Origin: Adineta vaga
Lineage: Eukaryota > Animalia > Rotifera
Direction: 5' to 3'
Length of the DNA: 64,000 nt
NCBI GenBank assembly: GCA_021613535.1
Contig: CP075493.1
Span: forward strand, 9,796,001-9,860,000
The position numbers and the translations under genes were made by a program. Below the pieces are notes generated by a model. That model made no database searches and had not been told where the DNA came from. It saw only the letters and a program-made list of their open reading frames with translations. Below, piece by piece: positions 40,369 through 53,000 of this stretch. Every line of letters begins with the position of its first letter. Position 1 is the stretch's first letter.

Positions 40369-40832
40369 TTTTATTACAAATAAATGTGCTTATGTTGATT
40401 TATTTAAAAAGAAAACGTTGAAATTATCATGAACTTCTACTCTATAAACTGATATTAAGACTCTCACTGTATCCTATTTCGAGATCTCTTAAGGAAAAAT
40501 TATGTTTTTACATTGCTTAGAAACACAATTGTTTAAATATTTACGAATCTACCTTTCTTTTTTCTTTATTTCAAGTGCCGATAAAAGAAGAAGTGTTGTT
40601 TAACGCGTAGTAAGACGCTTGCTTTTTCTTTCTTTAGAAAAATAGGCCATACGCACGATATCATGTTGACTTTTGTTTTGTCCTCATAAAAAAAGAACTC
40701 TTTTTCCTCGGTTTAACTGAAGAAAGTTTTATTTGAATAATAAACATCGATCGGATTATAAAAGAAGTTTTAATTACAATTTTCAACAGAATAAAAAGCA
40801 TATTATTCACAAAAAAACAATCTTATCAATTG

Positions 40833-41294
40833 TCAAGCGAAACCAATTTTTATTGGTTGTGGTTGCGTATTATACGGAGAATAAGGTAATGGTTGGTTGT
40901 AGTTTAGGGCTTGAGGATAGGGAGGTGGTTGACTGTATGGAAATGTTTGAGTATAAGGTGGTGCTTGGGTATATTGTGGAGTTTGACCGTACATTGAAGC
41001 TTGATTATAAATTGGCATTGAGTTGTAAACTGGCGGTGCATACTGATTTTGTTGTTGTTGTACCAGAGCCATTTGTGCTGCCATAGGTAAGACACCTGTT
41101 CTTCCAAATTGTCGATGCATGGCACATTTCTTCTTCCATATAATCACTACGATCATAAATACAATGAAAATAACGAAGATAGGTATAAAAACTAAGAGAG
41201 CAATAGGAAATTTTGATGCTCTAGAAGATGATGATGCTGATGAACATATATCGAGAACAATGGCTAATATAATACTGGAAAATAATGCTTTCAT
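40833..41294 (-). CDS. PPxY-tailed single-pass micro-membrane protein, paralog 1
   Basis: Signal peptide, short Ser-rich ectodomain, TM helix, KKKC stop-transfer, Pro/Tyr/Gln tail with PPVY and PPPY. Intronless. Confidence 0.8.
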   Translation of the reverse strand: MKALFSSIILAIVLDICSSASSSSRASKFPIALLVFIPIFVIFIVFMIVVIIWKKKCAMHRQFGRTGVLPMAAQMALVQQQQNQYAPPVYNSMPIYNQASMYGQTPQYTQAPPYTQTFPYSQPPPYPQALNYNQPLPYSPYNTQPQPIKIGFA

Positions 41295-41881
41295 TTTTTT
41301 GAATTTGTTGTGTTAAAATGATATAGGTAAAAAAAAGGAAAAATAAATGACAAACAATGCTCTCCCTACTATCGACAATGGCAACGGAAATGAACGTCTT
41401 CTGTGAATACCATGATTGTAATATTTATTCTATAATGAAGTTTTCTACTTTTTTTTCTATTCTTTAAAGTGTTTTTAAATCGATGATTCATATTTTGTTG
41501 AACATAGGAAGAGAGCATTCTTTTTCTATTCATTCATAGTTTTATCAATAACAGACACTTTATTTCTCACATATTGTATTCTTCTCAATAAATTAACATT
41601 GATTTTTCACCCATATTTCATATACTGAAAATAAAAAATTCTTTCTAGAAAAAGATTCTTGTTTATTTTTCTATTTTCTCTTAATATTGAAAGTATATAT
41701 TCATTTTATTGTTGCCAGATTACACGTCATTGATAAGAATACTTTAAAAAATCGAAATATCTTTATGATCTCAACTAATGAAAATCATACTTATGTTTCT
41801 GTAGAAAGTTATTAACGTATGTTGAAAGACGACAAAAATCGATGATTCACCGCATAGATTAATTGTTTTTAGTAGTATTTT

Positions 41882-42271
41882 CTAAAATCCATTGGATGTA
41901 TATGTCGTTGGATAATGTCCATAAGCCGGTGTTTGATTGTAAGGTGGTGGATATCTCGTTGGATCATGACCATAAACCGGCGTTTGATTGTAAGGTGGTG
42001 GATATGAATTGGTATTTTGTTGAGCTAACGCTATTTGTGTAGATAATGGTTGAACACTCATTCGTGCTCTAAAGGCACGTTTTTTCAAACAAAATAGTGT
42101 TAATATAATAGCAACAAAAATAACAAAAACAATTGGTACGACAATAATCGGTGCGAGAGAAGAACCTGATAATGTACCACGACGAATTGAACTTCTACGG
42201 GCTGATGATCTTGCTGAACATTCATTGATAGTAATAATAATCGATATGATGGATAGAAGAAATTCATTCAT
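41882..42271 (-). CDS. PPxY-tailed single-pass micro-membrane protein, paralog 2
   Basis: Same architecture. Shares ITIINECSAR-like and RARMxVxPLxTQxxLA motifs with paralog 3; two PPPY. Confidence 0.8.
   Translation of the reverse strand: MNEFLLSIISIIITINECSARSSARRSSIRRGTLSGSSLAPIIVVPIVFVIFVAIILTLFCLKKRAFRARMSVQPLSTQIALAQQNTNSYPPPYNQTPVYGHDPTRYPPPYNQTPAYGHYPTTYTSNGF
41900..42005 (-). repeat. Two-copy 51-nt coding tandem repeat (YPPPYNQTPxYGHxPT)
   Basis: Direct duplication visible in both DNA and protein. Confidence 0.8.
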
Positions 42272-42334
42272 TTTTGTATAAAATAGAATATCACAATGAA
42301 TTTTAATCGAAAAGAAACGAAATAGTTATACTGT

Positions 42335-42342
42335 TGACGTCA
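42335..42342. promoter_or_regulatory. CRE (TGACGTCA) ~64 bp upstream of the paralog 2 ATG
   Basis: Exact palindrome TTGACGTCAA; a near-match TGACGTCT lies at 42411-42418. Confidence 0.5.
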
Positions 42343-43020
42343 ATTCTATATTATTCTATTGACAATGAATATATTGCTTAATCAGTCCTGAATTTTCTTT
42401 CTTTCTTGTATGACGTCTTTTTATCTCAAGATATCAACATGTGACTTGATGAAATTTTCGTTTTTCTCTTATAAATACTGAAGATATTATTCGAAAGTTT
42501 CGTTCTGTGACATCGAATGCCAATCGACAACTGGCAACACTACGTCATATTTAGTTTCTTGATAATGAGTGTAAATGTGGACTTATATATCCAACCTTTC
42601 CGTCAATGACAAACTTTGATTGTTCATAATTATCCTTTTCAGTCAAATAATTTTATATCAGTTCTAGGAGAACACTGATATTCTTTATACAATCGAGATT
42701 TATCACAATTCGTTTGCAAACTACTATTCTTCTAATAAACTAAAGAATAATTCGAATACAAACTATGAAAGAATGACGAGGACATGATTTATTGGTCCCA
42801 ACGAAAAATACGAGGATAAAAGAACGTTTTTGTTTTCTGTAAAGAATATATTTCTCTACAAAAAAAAGAAATTATTTTTTCTCTCATCGATTTATTAAGA
42901 TCAAACTGAAACTGTTATATTGTCACCTTGAGCAAATATAATAATTTAACCCAAATTATCCACGACGAGTATTATATCATTGAACAACAATATCGAGCAT
43001 TTCCATCATAAAATGATATA

Positions 43021-43404
43021 TCATGAAGTCACTAGTGGCATTGGTGAGTCCTTTCGGAAACCCATTGATGAATAAGATGGTGGTAACTGTTCACGAACAG
43101 ATAATTGATTATAGGGTGGAGGATAATTATATACTGGTGGTGCATACGGATTGTTATGTTCAGCTAAAGACATTTGTGTAGTCAATGGAAGAACTCCCAT
43201 TCGTGCTCGTTTAGTTCCTTTTATTCGACAAACAGTAAGAATAATCGCAATAATAATAGCGATAGTAATAAACGATATGACAAGGCCTAATAAAAGTCTA
43301 GAACTTGAAAATGAACCACTGCTATATGTACCAGAATAGTATCTTGCTGAGCATTCATTGATGATGGTAATAATGCATATAATCCATAGAAAAGAGACTT
43401 CCAT
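43021..43404 (-). CDS. PPxY-tailed single-pass micro-membrane protein, paralog 3
   Basis: Signal peptide, TM helix, juxtamembrane Cys, tail with PPVY, PPPY and PPSY. Shares YAPPVYN with paralog 1. Confidence 0.8.
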   Translation of the reverse strand: MEVSFLWIICIITIINECSARYYSGTYSSGSFSSSRLLLGLVISFITIAIIIAIILTVCRIKGTKRARMGVLPLTTQMSLAEHNNPYAPPVYNYPPPYNQLSVREQLPPSYSSMGFRKDSPMPLVTS

Positions 43405-43478
43405 GTAGAAAGAATAATTTATTAAAATGAACTTTTAAAACATCGAAAAAAAAACCAAAGCAAAGACATTCACTATGA

Positions 43479-43488
43479 ATGACGTCAT
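43479..43488. promoter_or_regulatory. CRE (ATGACGTCAT) ~75 bp upstream of the paralog 3 ATG
   Basis: Exact 10-bp palindrome. Confidence 0.5.
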
Positions 43489-44255
43489 CAAACTTATTGC
43501 TTGTATTTATTTACTTGATTCATTTGGCTTTTCTTTCTTTCTTTCTTTCGATCAAATCATATGAAACGAAATACAAAAAAACAAAATTTCTCCAAAGGAA
43601 TTTTCTATATGTCTCCAAAATGATCATTCATCTAGATTATCTGATATTAAAACGACACATAAATCGACGGTTTTTCATATTTTAAAATATCAATTGAATT
43701 ATACTATCAAATTTTTCTTCTTAAAATATACTTTACATTGAATTAATTGACATAATCAACTAATATTTTCAATATTTGTTTATTTTCATTTGATTTTTCT
43801 CCTTTTATTCTTTCGTCGATGTTTTATTGACGTATTTTTAATAATAGTCCTTGATAATTTCGAACAATAATCAGTCGTCAGTCGGTGACTGTAAAAAAGC
43901 TCTATTTTTCCTGCGCAATTTATTAGTAAATAAAGAAAAAAAAAGAGAAAATACATATCATTTCTTCTTCCATATGAATAGTTAATCATTTTTTTTCTCG
44001 CGTATCATACCAATGTTGAATGATATATCCACCTTTTTTTTCCCTTTCTTACAAATGATGATAGCCGTTGAATTTGTAATCACATGAAAGACGCTTATAA
44101 TTATAAATCATTGAAGTTGGTCACAGCTGAATGATTTCCAATAAAAAAAAACACTAGGTAAAAACAGTATTTTCATCGTGCATTTCTCTACGTTTTGTAT
44201 TTTTCGACTAGTCCACCAAAACGCATTTTAATAGGTTATATAATTATCGATATTT

Positions 44256-44264
44256 ATGACTCAT
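44256..44264. promoter_or_regulatory. AP-1/TRE site ATGACTCAT upstream of the bZIP gene
   Basis: Exact 9-bp pseudo-palindrome ~92 bp before ATG 44356, near a TATA-like TTATATAA at ~44236. Confidence 0.4.
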
Positions 44265-44355
44265 CATATGATCGTTCTATTAGCTGTCTATCATCAATCA
44301 AATCACCATTATTAATAACTAACATTAAATCCACACACACATACAAAACACAAGC

Positions 44356-44967
44356 ATGATGATTGACGAATATAGTGATGATCTCACTGCTGTTTCATAC
44401 AGGATTATTACAAATAATGAATTTCAAACAAATAATTTACGTGGTATTACCATCAAAGAAGAGGTTGATAATGTCACAACTACGGAAACTTATCCTGATA
44501 ATTTTAAACATTATACTGTTGTATCTTATGGTCCAATTAAAGTTCGAGTTAGTACTCGTAGTACTCCAACTTTACAAAGTGGACGGCGATCGAAGTTCTA
44601 TCCATTAGAAGGCGAAGCGGCAAGAAAACGAGAAATGAGACGTGCGAAAAATCGTCGAACAGCGCAGATGTTGAAAGAAAGACAAATTCGAATCGAAAAC
44701 GAATTAGCCACTGAACTTGGTGATTTAGAAGTGAAAGGTAAAGATTTGTTGGAAGAAATAAATAATCTTAAATTATACAAAACATTTCTTGAAAATCGAT
44801 ATAAAAAAAAAGAATTGAATGAGAACGAAATACATGTCACATCATCATTCGAAAAACATGGAATAAAACAAATAAATATAGATACAACAATCAAATCTGA
44901 ACCGGAATCATCAAACATAGAAACGTGTCCTTCATCACCGAAATGGCAATTGCTTTTTAGTATTTAA
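44356..44967 (+). CDS. Divergent bZIP transcription factor, intronless
   Basis: Basic region RKREMRRAKNRRTAQMLKERQ followed by leucine heptads (ELATELGDLEVKGKDLLEEINNLKLYKTFLE). Confidence 0.8.
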   Translation: MMIDEYSDDLTAVSYRIITNNEFQTNNLRGITIKEEVDNVTTTETYPDNFKHYTVVSYGPIKVRVSTRSTPTLQSGRRSKFYPLEGEAARKREMRRAKNRRTAQMLKERQIRIENELATELGDLEVKGKDLLEEINNLKLYKTFLENRYKKKELNENEIHVTSSFEKHGIKQINIDTTIKSEPESSNIETCPSSPKWQLLFSI

Positions 44968-45875
44968 TTATGTGTAAAAATGTTATTTTTTCATTGTTCT
45001 ATTAAATATTTCGAATAAAATTTAGTTCGAATTATTTTTTCAATACTCATTTTGCGAAGATGATTGAATTTTGAAAAATGAATCCTCATCAGATTATTAC
45101 AGGTATTTATTATTCTATGAAAAGTCAATCGATGCAAAATCAATACAATGGTTTGATGCACTAAAAGTATCAATATCACCAATTGTTCTTGATGTCGCTC
45201 GTTTACCTAAAGTATTATGCATCTATCATATTATTGTAATTTATGAGTATTGGGAAGATACAGTAGCATTAGCTTCGTATTTTATTAATTGATACGAATA
45301 AACTTTCGAGATAGATTACCTATATCTGTCATTAAATATGTTTCTTTGTATTTCTTTGAGAAGTTGAATTCAAAACTTATTCGTAATGTTCGGATTTATC
45401 AAAAACATCACAAGAGAATGACAACCATGTCATGGAGATATTTATCAAATCCTGAATCTATTGATGGTCACATGAATAAGATCGATTCTATACAAATGGT
45501 CATAGTCAACATTATTTATTACATTGAAATCGATTTGGTTCAAGTAAAAAAAAAGCGAAAAAATAATAACAAGCATTCGATTAATAAAGTTCATGGTCAC
45601 GAATTGTTCTTCAATAATCCGATATTAGCTTTAACTTATCATGGACATTTCGGTATGTAATTGAAATTGCATAGATTGATTCGTTTTCATTTGACTATTC
45701 GTTATGAAAAAGATTACAATCATAATATTCCATCATTTCGTCAACAACCAAGTGGTAAATAGCAGACATATTACTGATCATCTAGGTTGTGATAAATATT
45801 ATATCCATATAATTGTCATTGTCAACTTGATCAATTATGTCAATGTCATATTAAAGATAAAATTTTGTCCTTGTA

Positions 45876-46988
45876 TTAAAGCGTAGATAGGATAATAATG
45901 ATAAATAGATATTTCATATAAATAAACGAAACTGACATAGAAGAAATCGATCTTCCAGAAGAGCTAATATCTTGACAAAATTCTTCATCGACTTTTGAAC
46001 GACATTCGAAAATGCCATTACAACGTGCATTATTATGAACACAATATGCATCATCACAATCAAGTAGATGTTTACTAGGACAAGAAGAATAATCATTTGT
46101 TGAAAAGATTCGAAATTTTGGAGTTAATGTTGTAAAGAATAATTTAAATTGATGATAGCTATCATCATAATCATTAATCAATTGTGTCGGTGGTGGGATA
46201 ATTTCCAGATAAATAGTATTACTATTAGATATATAATCATCAGATTGACGATTGTATGATGTTAATTTACTTCTATCAAGTATCATTGGACATTCAAATG
46301 TTATCGTTTCATAATTCTAAATTCAAAAATAAACAGAAACAAATAATATTCAAATGACATTGTTTCATACACATACATCTCGAATTTTTAAACACGGTGC
46401 TTTTGGTATGGATTGAAAATAATCTTGATCGTAATCATTTCGTATACCAGCAATCGGATAGAAAACTAATCGAATACGATCACCATGTGATGCATGTAAT
46501 TCTGTTGTACATTCTCGAATGGATAAAACTGTTTGATCATCATTATCTATTGAGCAAGAGAAAGAAAATCTATTTTTAGTTCATTAATTACCTAGATTCA
46601 ATTACATCATGATTGAAAAATTCCTACCGATTTTCTGTTGTGGATTGCGTGCATATATAAATCCCGATGGCCATCTAGATAAAAACAAAACTAATTGAAT
46701 CAAAAAATGTAAAATAATGGATGTTCTTATACTGAGTCAAATTAAGAAACATTGGTTGAATGTTAAATTCAAATTCTTCTTTACAATATGAATGTAATGT
46801 TTGATTAATAATTGTATGAGGTTGCATTACAACTAAATTAAATTCAATAGAAATTTTCCATGAAAAAAATTTTATTTTTTTAAATTTTTACAAAAAGGAA
46901 TGTGTGGGTAGAAATGTTCTTCATCATCATTTGTAGTTGCAGTAAGAATAACGAAAATACTGTAAAAGATTAGATGAATAAACATCAT
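45876..46988 (-). CDS. Cell-surface protein with CUB-like region, LDL-receptor class A module and C-terminal hydrophobic (GPI/TM) signal
   Basis: Signal MMFIHLIFYSIFVILTA; LDLa CPSKHLLDCDDAYCVHNNARCNGIFECRSKVDEEFC; terminal SSSGR..IYMKYLFIIIILSTL. Multi-exon. Confidence 0.75.
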
Positions 46989-48118
46989 GCACCGTATGAT
47001 GGATAGTAAAAGCAATCGTTCACTGTTTGTATGATGTTGCTCGGTTTTCTTTTTCTAATCAACGGTAAAGACGCACGATACTTGATCCTCTATGGAGAGA
47101 AGTGTGCTACCGTTTTTATTACGCTTCTTCATTGCCTTCCGGACGCGAGCCGCTAACTGATGGTAGTATATACGAACACCGGAAAATAGTGCGACAATGA
47201 TTTCTCTCCTCCTACTCAACGACTATCGTCCTTGTATATGCACTGAGATGAAAATCAAGTAAAAATGAACTTGAAGTTAAAATCTGATTGTAAAAGAAAA
47301 CTAATGTAATCTCGAAACTTTCATAACTGATAAAATCAGTTTTCATTTCCAGACCAAAAAAGAAATTGGCAATTGTTTTTATGTTATGCTTTTTTCTCTT
47401 TAAAAAAAAAAGAAGACGAGTAATATTTCATTGCAACGAAGCATAACATATATTAATAATGATTGACCTTGTGAATTGCTTGACTGTCTCGACGTTTTTC
47501 TCAATAGCTGTTTAAGCTATGTGAAATCCTTGAATAAAAGAAATGATTATAAGCTGTAATCGAAAGGAAATATTTACTACAATAGTTCATTGATTAGTTT
47601 CATTTGAAGAAAAAAAAACAAAGAAGTAGAGAAGATTGAATAGCAATTTCTTTTCCTTTTTTTTCTTTCGGTATTGTTTTTTTCACGTTCTATTAAGAAA
47701 TTTATATACATATCATACTAATTTTTATATGTTGACACGTGCACATATAAAAAAATATTGATAAAGGTGACTCGTATATTGCACTACAAATTGATGTTAG
47801 TGATCAAAATAAACATTTTCTTTCTTTTATCACTATCTATTGTAATCGTTTAGAAATAATATTTTGCGTAAGTATCTCTCGAAGCGATAAGAATAAAAGA
47901 AAAGAATTTGTTAATTTATTATGATTATTTATTATCTGATGATAAAATAATCAAAATAAATAAGATTCGTTTTTTTCTTCAATTTTCAGCAAAGAAAATC
48001 ATACTGAATAAGATAGAACGTGTCCTATTTGAATAGATTAATAGAAAATCTATCTACTTTCTCTCCTCAATTATAAATCTGTGCGTACACAGAGATCAAT
48101 TCGAAAAAAATAAAACAA

Positions 48119-50085
48119 ATGATTCGTCAACATCATTTACAACAACAACGATTGAATAATAATCATGATCAATTACTGCAACGATTTCAACATGTTGGTC
48201 CACCACAAATATCCGAATTTCGAGCATTTGGAAGAAGTCAGTTACCTGGTCGAAAATATGATCAATATATCGATACGATGAATGGAAATCATCGACGTCG
48301 AGATTCATTAGTTGCACAATCACGAGCTAGTATTGGTGGTTCATCAAGTGATACATATCGATTGATGGGTGATGGAATCAATGAAATTTTACCAAGGAAT
48401 ATCAGTTCTATCATGCAACATACACGAGAACAGCCATCGCCATTAGTACTGGCAGAGAAAAAATTTGAACCGGTAGCATTTTATGAACATCCTGTATTTG
48501 GGAGAACACCTGCTTATGTTCGACCTATAACAGATCATCAGAGATCAAATGATGTTATTGACAATGATAGTGATAATGAAGAAAAAGAAGACGATGACGA
48601 GGTACCATCAAGAACATTGCGAGTTGCTACTCCAAAAATAGATGGTAAAGAAGAAACACGTAGTACAACATCTACTGTCAAAGATGATGATAATAACGAT
48701 GACGATTCTGCTCGTATACCGAAAGGATATATATCATATAAAAATTGGAAAGAAAAATATGCTAATCTTATACCTGTCAATCCTCTTCTCTATAATATTT
48801 ATACTCATCGTTCAAATGGTTCACTTCATAGTTATGGACGATCTTTATATAAATCGCCAAATCATATTCGAGCATTGACTCGTGATGAAGATGATTCAAC
48901 TCCAACAATATCCGATATTGGTTCAGTTATGTCGGATGCACCTCGCGAAACATCCTTATCATCAAATCGACAATATCAAAGATTACAACCACAATTATTT
49001 TCTCGAACAACTCCATCTCGACCGCGTGAATCAACTCCTGCTGGTTGGTATCATTTCTTATCAATTAATTCTTTGTTTTTTCGTTTCTCTTCATTGTAGA
49101 AAGTGATGATGAAGAATCGGATGATGAATCAAATTCTTCTAATTCACCAGTGCCATATTTACCGCAGAATAGAACAAATCCTATTCTATCAAGACCAACG
49201 ATCGGAATCACATCATCACCAGTATCATCATTACCAACACCATCGACATTGAACGTATCAAATAACAATACAACAGGTACCTAAAATGATTATTCGGAAG
49301 GAAGAGTCATACTTTTTTACTTCTTTCAAATGAGGATTATAACATGAATTTCCTACTGATCAAATAACATATTTTAATTAATATCTTGTTTTATTTTTTT
49401 GACGATAGAAAGATGTATTCAGTGAATACCTTAGATGATACACATTTTTAATATTCTCATATTACAATTTTAAGCGTATTTATTTCTATTTAGGAATATC
49501 TTCGACACCAATAATTCCGATAAGTACATCGAATATTCCACCAGCAACCAATGCCATCATCATTGTTATCTGGCTCAACTAGTAACACTTATCAAACAAC
49601 TTCTACAATCCCTCCGGCACCACCAATGCCATCATCATCATTATTATCTGAGTCAACTAATAACACTTATCAAACAACTTCTACAATACCTCCTGCTCCA
49701 CCAATGCCGTCGTCATTATTATCTGGGTCAATTAATAACACTTATCAAAGAACTTCTACAATACCTCCTGCTCCACCTATACCAGCACCTTTATCAACAA
49801 CTAGTTCAACGGGTATCTATCAGACAACATCGAATGCATCTTTTCCTCCACCAGCACTTCCTAAAGCCGTTACTTTTGGTGGTTCATCATCATTTCCAGC
49901 ATCAAACAATGAAGTTTCAAGTAGTAGTGATAGTGATGATGATGACAAAGAGAAACGTCGTCGACGAAAAAAAAGGTAAAAAACTCATAAATATTAATCA
50001 TATGTTATTTACAACTCATCGAATTCGAATCTATTTTAGACAAGCTGCAGCCGGTTTGCCTGTTGATTCATCATCCGATGACTAA
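48119..50085 (+). CDS. Low-complexity Pro/Ser/Asp-rich protein, 4 exons, with an apparent 2-nt frameshift at ~49546
   Basis: 326-aa first ORF; exon phases are consistent up to the repeat exon; PPAPPMP repeats; acidic and basic C-terminal tracts. Confidence 0.7.
49535..49790 (+). repeat. Coding tandem repeat, ~3.3 units of 75-78 nt (IPPAPPMPSSLLSGSTxNTYQTTST)
   Basis: Direct repeats visible in DNA and in ORF 49551-49979. Confidence 0.9.
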
Positions 50086-53000
50086 AAAAGAATCTCGATC
50101 TTTTCTTTTTTGTTTTCTTCTTGTAAACTCTATTTCTCAGTTCTTCTTTTCTCTGGAAATATATTCGACGAAATTGGAAATTGAATGGGATGTCAAATCA
50201 CCAGTTTAGAATCTTTGACGTGCATGCATTTTCTTTTGTCCTTAACTAATAATTGTCTTCCAGGAAATATATGACATGTAGTGATATCGGTATTTTCCTC
50301 TTGAAGATTTCTCATTTACAATTATTTGATATGAGTATACGACATCAAAGAAAAGGAATATATTATTTATATATATAATATCTTTCAATGGTTTTTTTTC
50401 TTCAAAAGCTACTAAAAAGAGTTTTGATGAGTGTGGGTGTTTATATATGGACCTCTTGTAGTGTTTTTATTCTTGTTTGACGAGTGCATTGATAGTATAT
50501 TAAAATAGTAAACGAGAAAAATATAGGAAATAAACGTGAATATTGAAAATTATTTGAGATTTTACATGTCAGTAGTATTATTAGTGCGTTGAGGAAGACA
50601 GTTTGTGTATGTTAAGAAGTAGTTATGAACATTGGATTTATATGAAGGAAAAAAAAAGATAATGATAGGTTGATGTGATAAATAGTAATAAAAATATTGA
50701 TGCATGATAGATTTTTAAGAGTAGCTTTAGTTTTTATGAGATTTATGATGAAATCTTCAGCTTTTCTAATTATCTTCAAATGACAATGAGAGAGAGAGCG
50801 AAAGAAAGAAAGAAAAGGGCTTTTTTGTTGTTCCGGAATTGACGTGTGCAGTTGTTTTCTTTTCACCATTTCTCAGTTTATTCTTCACTTCTTCTCTTAT
50901 CTACACATGCATCCTAGTCCTTTTCTTATTCAATATGTTAATACTTTTTTCTCTCAAATAATGTGTAGACACACAAAATTCTGTCATCTTCAATAAGCAA
51001 TCAAAGAAAATAACAATTCAGAGAGATAGAAAAAAAGTCATTTTCTTCTACATTTCATTTGTTGTCTTTAGGTGAATGAAATTGTTATCATTATAAGATT
51101 TTTTTCTTCCATTGAATGTAATTCCATGTAAACATTTATTCTTTGAATATTATCTATCGATAAGAAAAAGGTAAGATGATAGATTTTTACTGAAGAATGT
51201 AAAATCCTATTTTTTTTCTAATCTGGAAGAGTTTCATTAAAATAAATGTCAGATTGTGAGCTAATTCTTCATTTTTTTTTCTCTCTAATCAATGAAACAT
51301 GACATTTTCTTAGTTATTGTCATTTTTGAATTGTTGTTGTCATTTGAAAATAGAGCACGCGATGTGTAACATTTTTAAGATTCATACACGTTAGTAGTTC
51401 ATAGAAATGTATTCAAAATTAGATTTTAATTTAATAGTTTTTGTTTAAATATTTCGAAGAAAACAAAGTTTCTATTCATTCTAACGCTTCCTTTGAGAAT
51501 ATCAATGAAAAGTTACAAAGTCTGATAACCTATTGGTTACTTTCACAGTGCCTCTCTTTTCTAAACAATAGAGGAGAAAATGACGACTTTTCTTTTCATC
51601 TATTTTATATTTACGATGAAAATAACTTTGTTTTGAGAAAATTTTCTTTTTCCATTATAAAGACTATAAAGAATGCAAGTAGTCTTATTTAAACATATGA
51701 ATAATTAATCGCTTCGTTCATTTTTGATCTCTAGAGAAAGTAAATCTATATTGATTAACTTTGAAATGTATTTTCAGACAGTTCATTACATTGAATAACG
51801 TGATAGGTCATCAGACTTTTCAGACAGAAAATAATCATCTAACTTAGCAAACAATAAAAATAACAAGTTGTTCTCTATGTTTTGTAGCATTACTATAATT
51901 TTGACTAATAAATGTCAGAGAATGCCGGAAGTTCGATCGAGTCTATCGACAAAACGAAAGCAAAATGTTGCTTACAAATTTTAGAAGAAACTTAAAACCC
52001 TGCTTATTTTTTATACTCTATATAATCATGAGACTATCAATTACTTGCATTTCCTTGAACTACTAACTAGATTCTTGATACTATTTAAAGTATTGACAGA
52101 TGTTTGAATTCTAGAAAGATTAAGAAAAAGCGTCATTTCGCTCTTCATATCAATTATGCTTCCGAGTAAAGAGAGGTCAATAAAAATATAATTAGAACAT
52201 AATAGGTATCAGCTACCTTTTTTTATTCTTTATTCTTCGATAAATACTTGCTTCTAAATGTGTTTTTTTTACATGGATAATCTCTTCTTTACAAGTGGAA
52301 ACAGTCTATTTCTTGATTATTTCATTATCATATACTTCAGAAACGATGAGAATGTAACTTGTTCTTCATTCTCTATTCGATTCTCATGAGATAATGTGAG
52401 AGAAATAAATTAATCAATGTAAGGAGATTTCCACTTTTTTGAGTATTTTGTTCATATATATCGGGATTAAAATATCATTAGTTTCAGTCGATAGGAAATC
52501 TAATGTAATTGCTATCGCAGATAATAAGATTTTTATCAAATTAAAAACAAGCTTACAAAGGATCAGAAATTATTATATTCTTCGACTAAAGTCATTAAAA
52601 TATATCAAAGATAGCCTATAGAAAAGATGTGTCCTTTTAAATTCGCAAGAGAAAATGAGTTTATGCGTATGTTCTCTTCGGGCATCTACTCAAACAAGTT
52701 GTTAATATATATATATGAGTTGTTTTTTTCATTACATGGAAAGAGATAGATTCATACTCAACTACATCAGATTTACATGGTGTTTAAGTCGTTTTCAATC
52801 AGAAAATTATTTTACATACAATTCAGACATTCGTAGACTGATCATGCTATAGTCTTTTTCTTGCTTCTTTCAAAAAATACCTAAATATTCTACTGAATTT
52901 CCTTTACGAAGTCTACAGACAAATTATTGATTGTCAACAAAAATTCCCTTTGTGAACATTTTAGTCGTTTACTTTTTTTTTGATTGAATTGTCACAATTC

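Noticed and set aside
45060-45700. Possible degenerate coding fragments downstream of the bZIP gene
   Set aside because: No recognisable motif and inconsistent frames.
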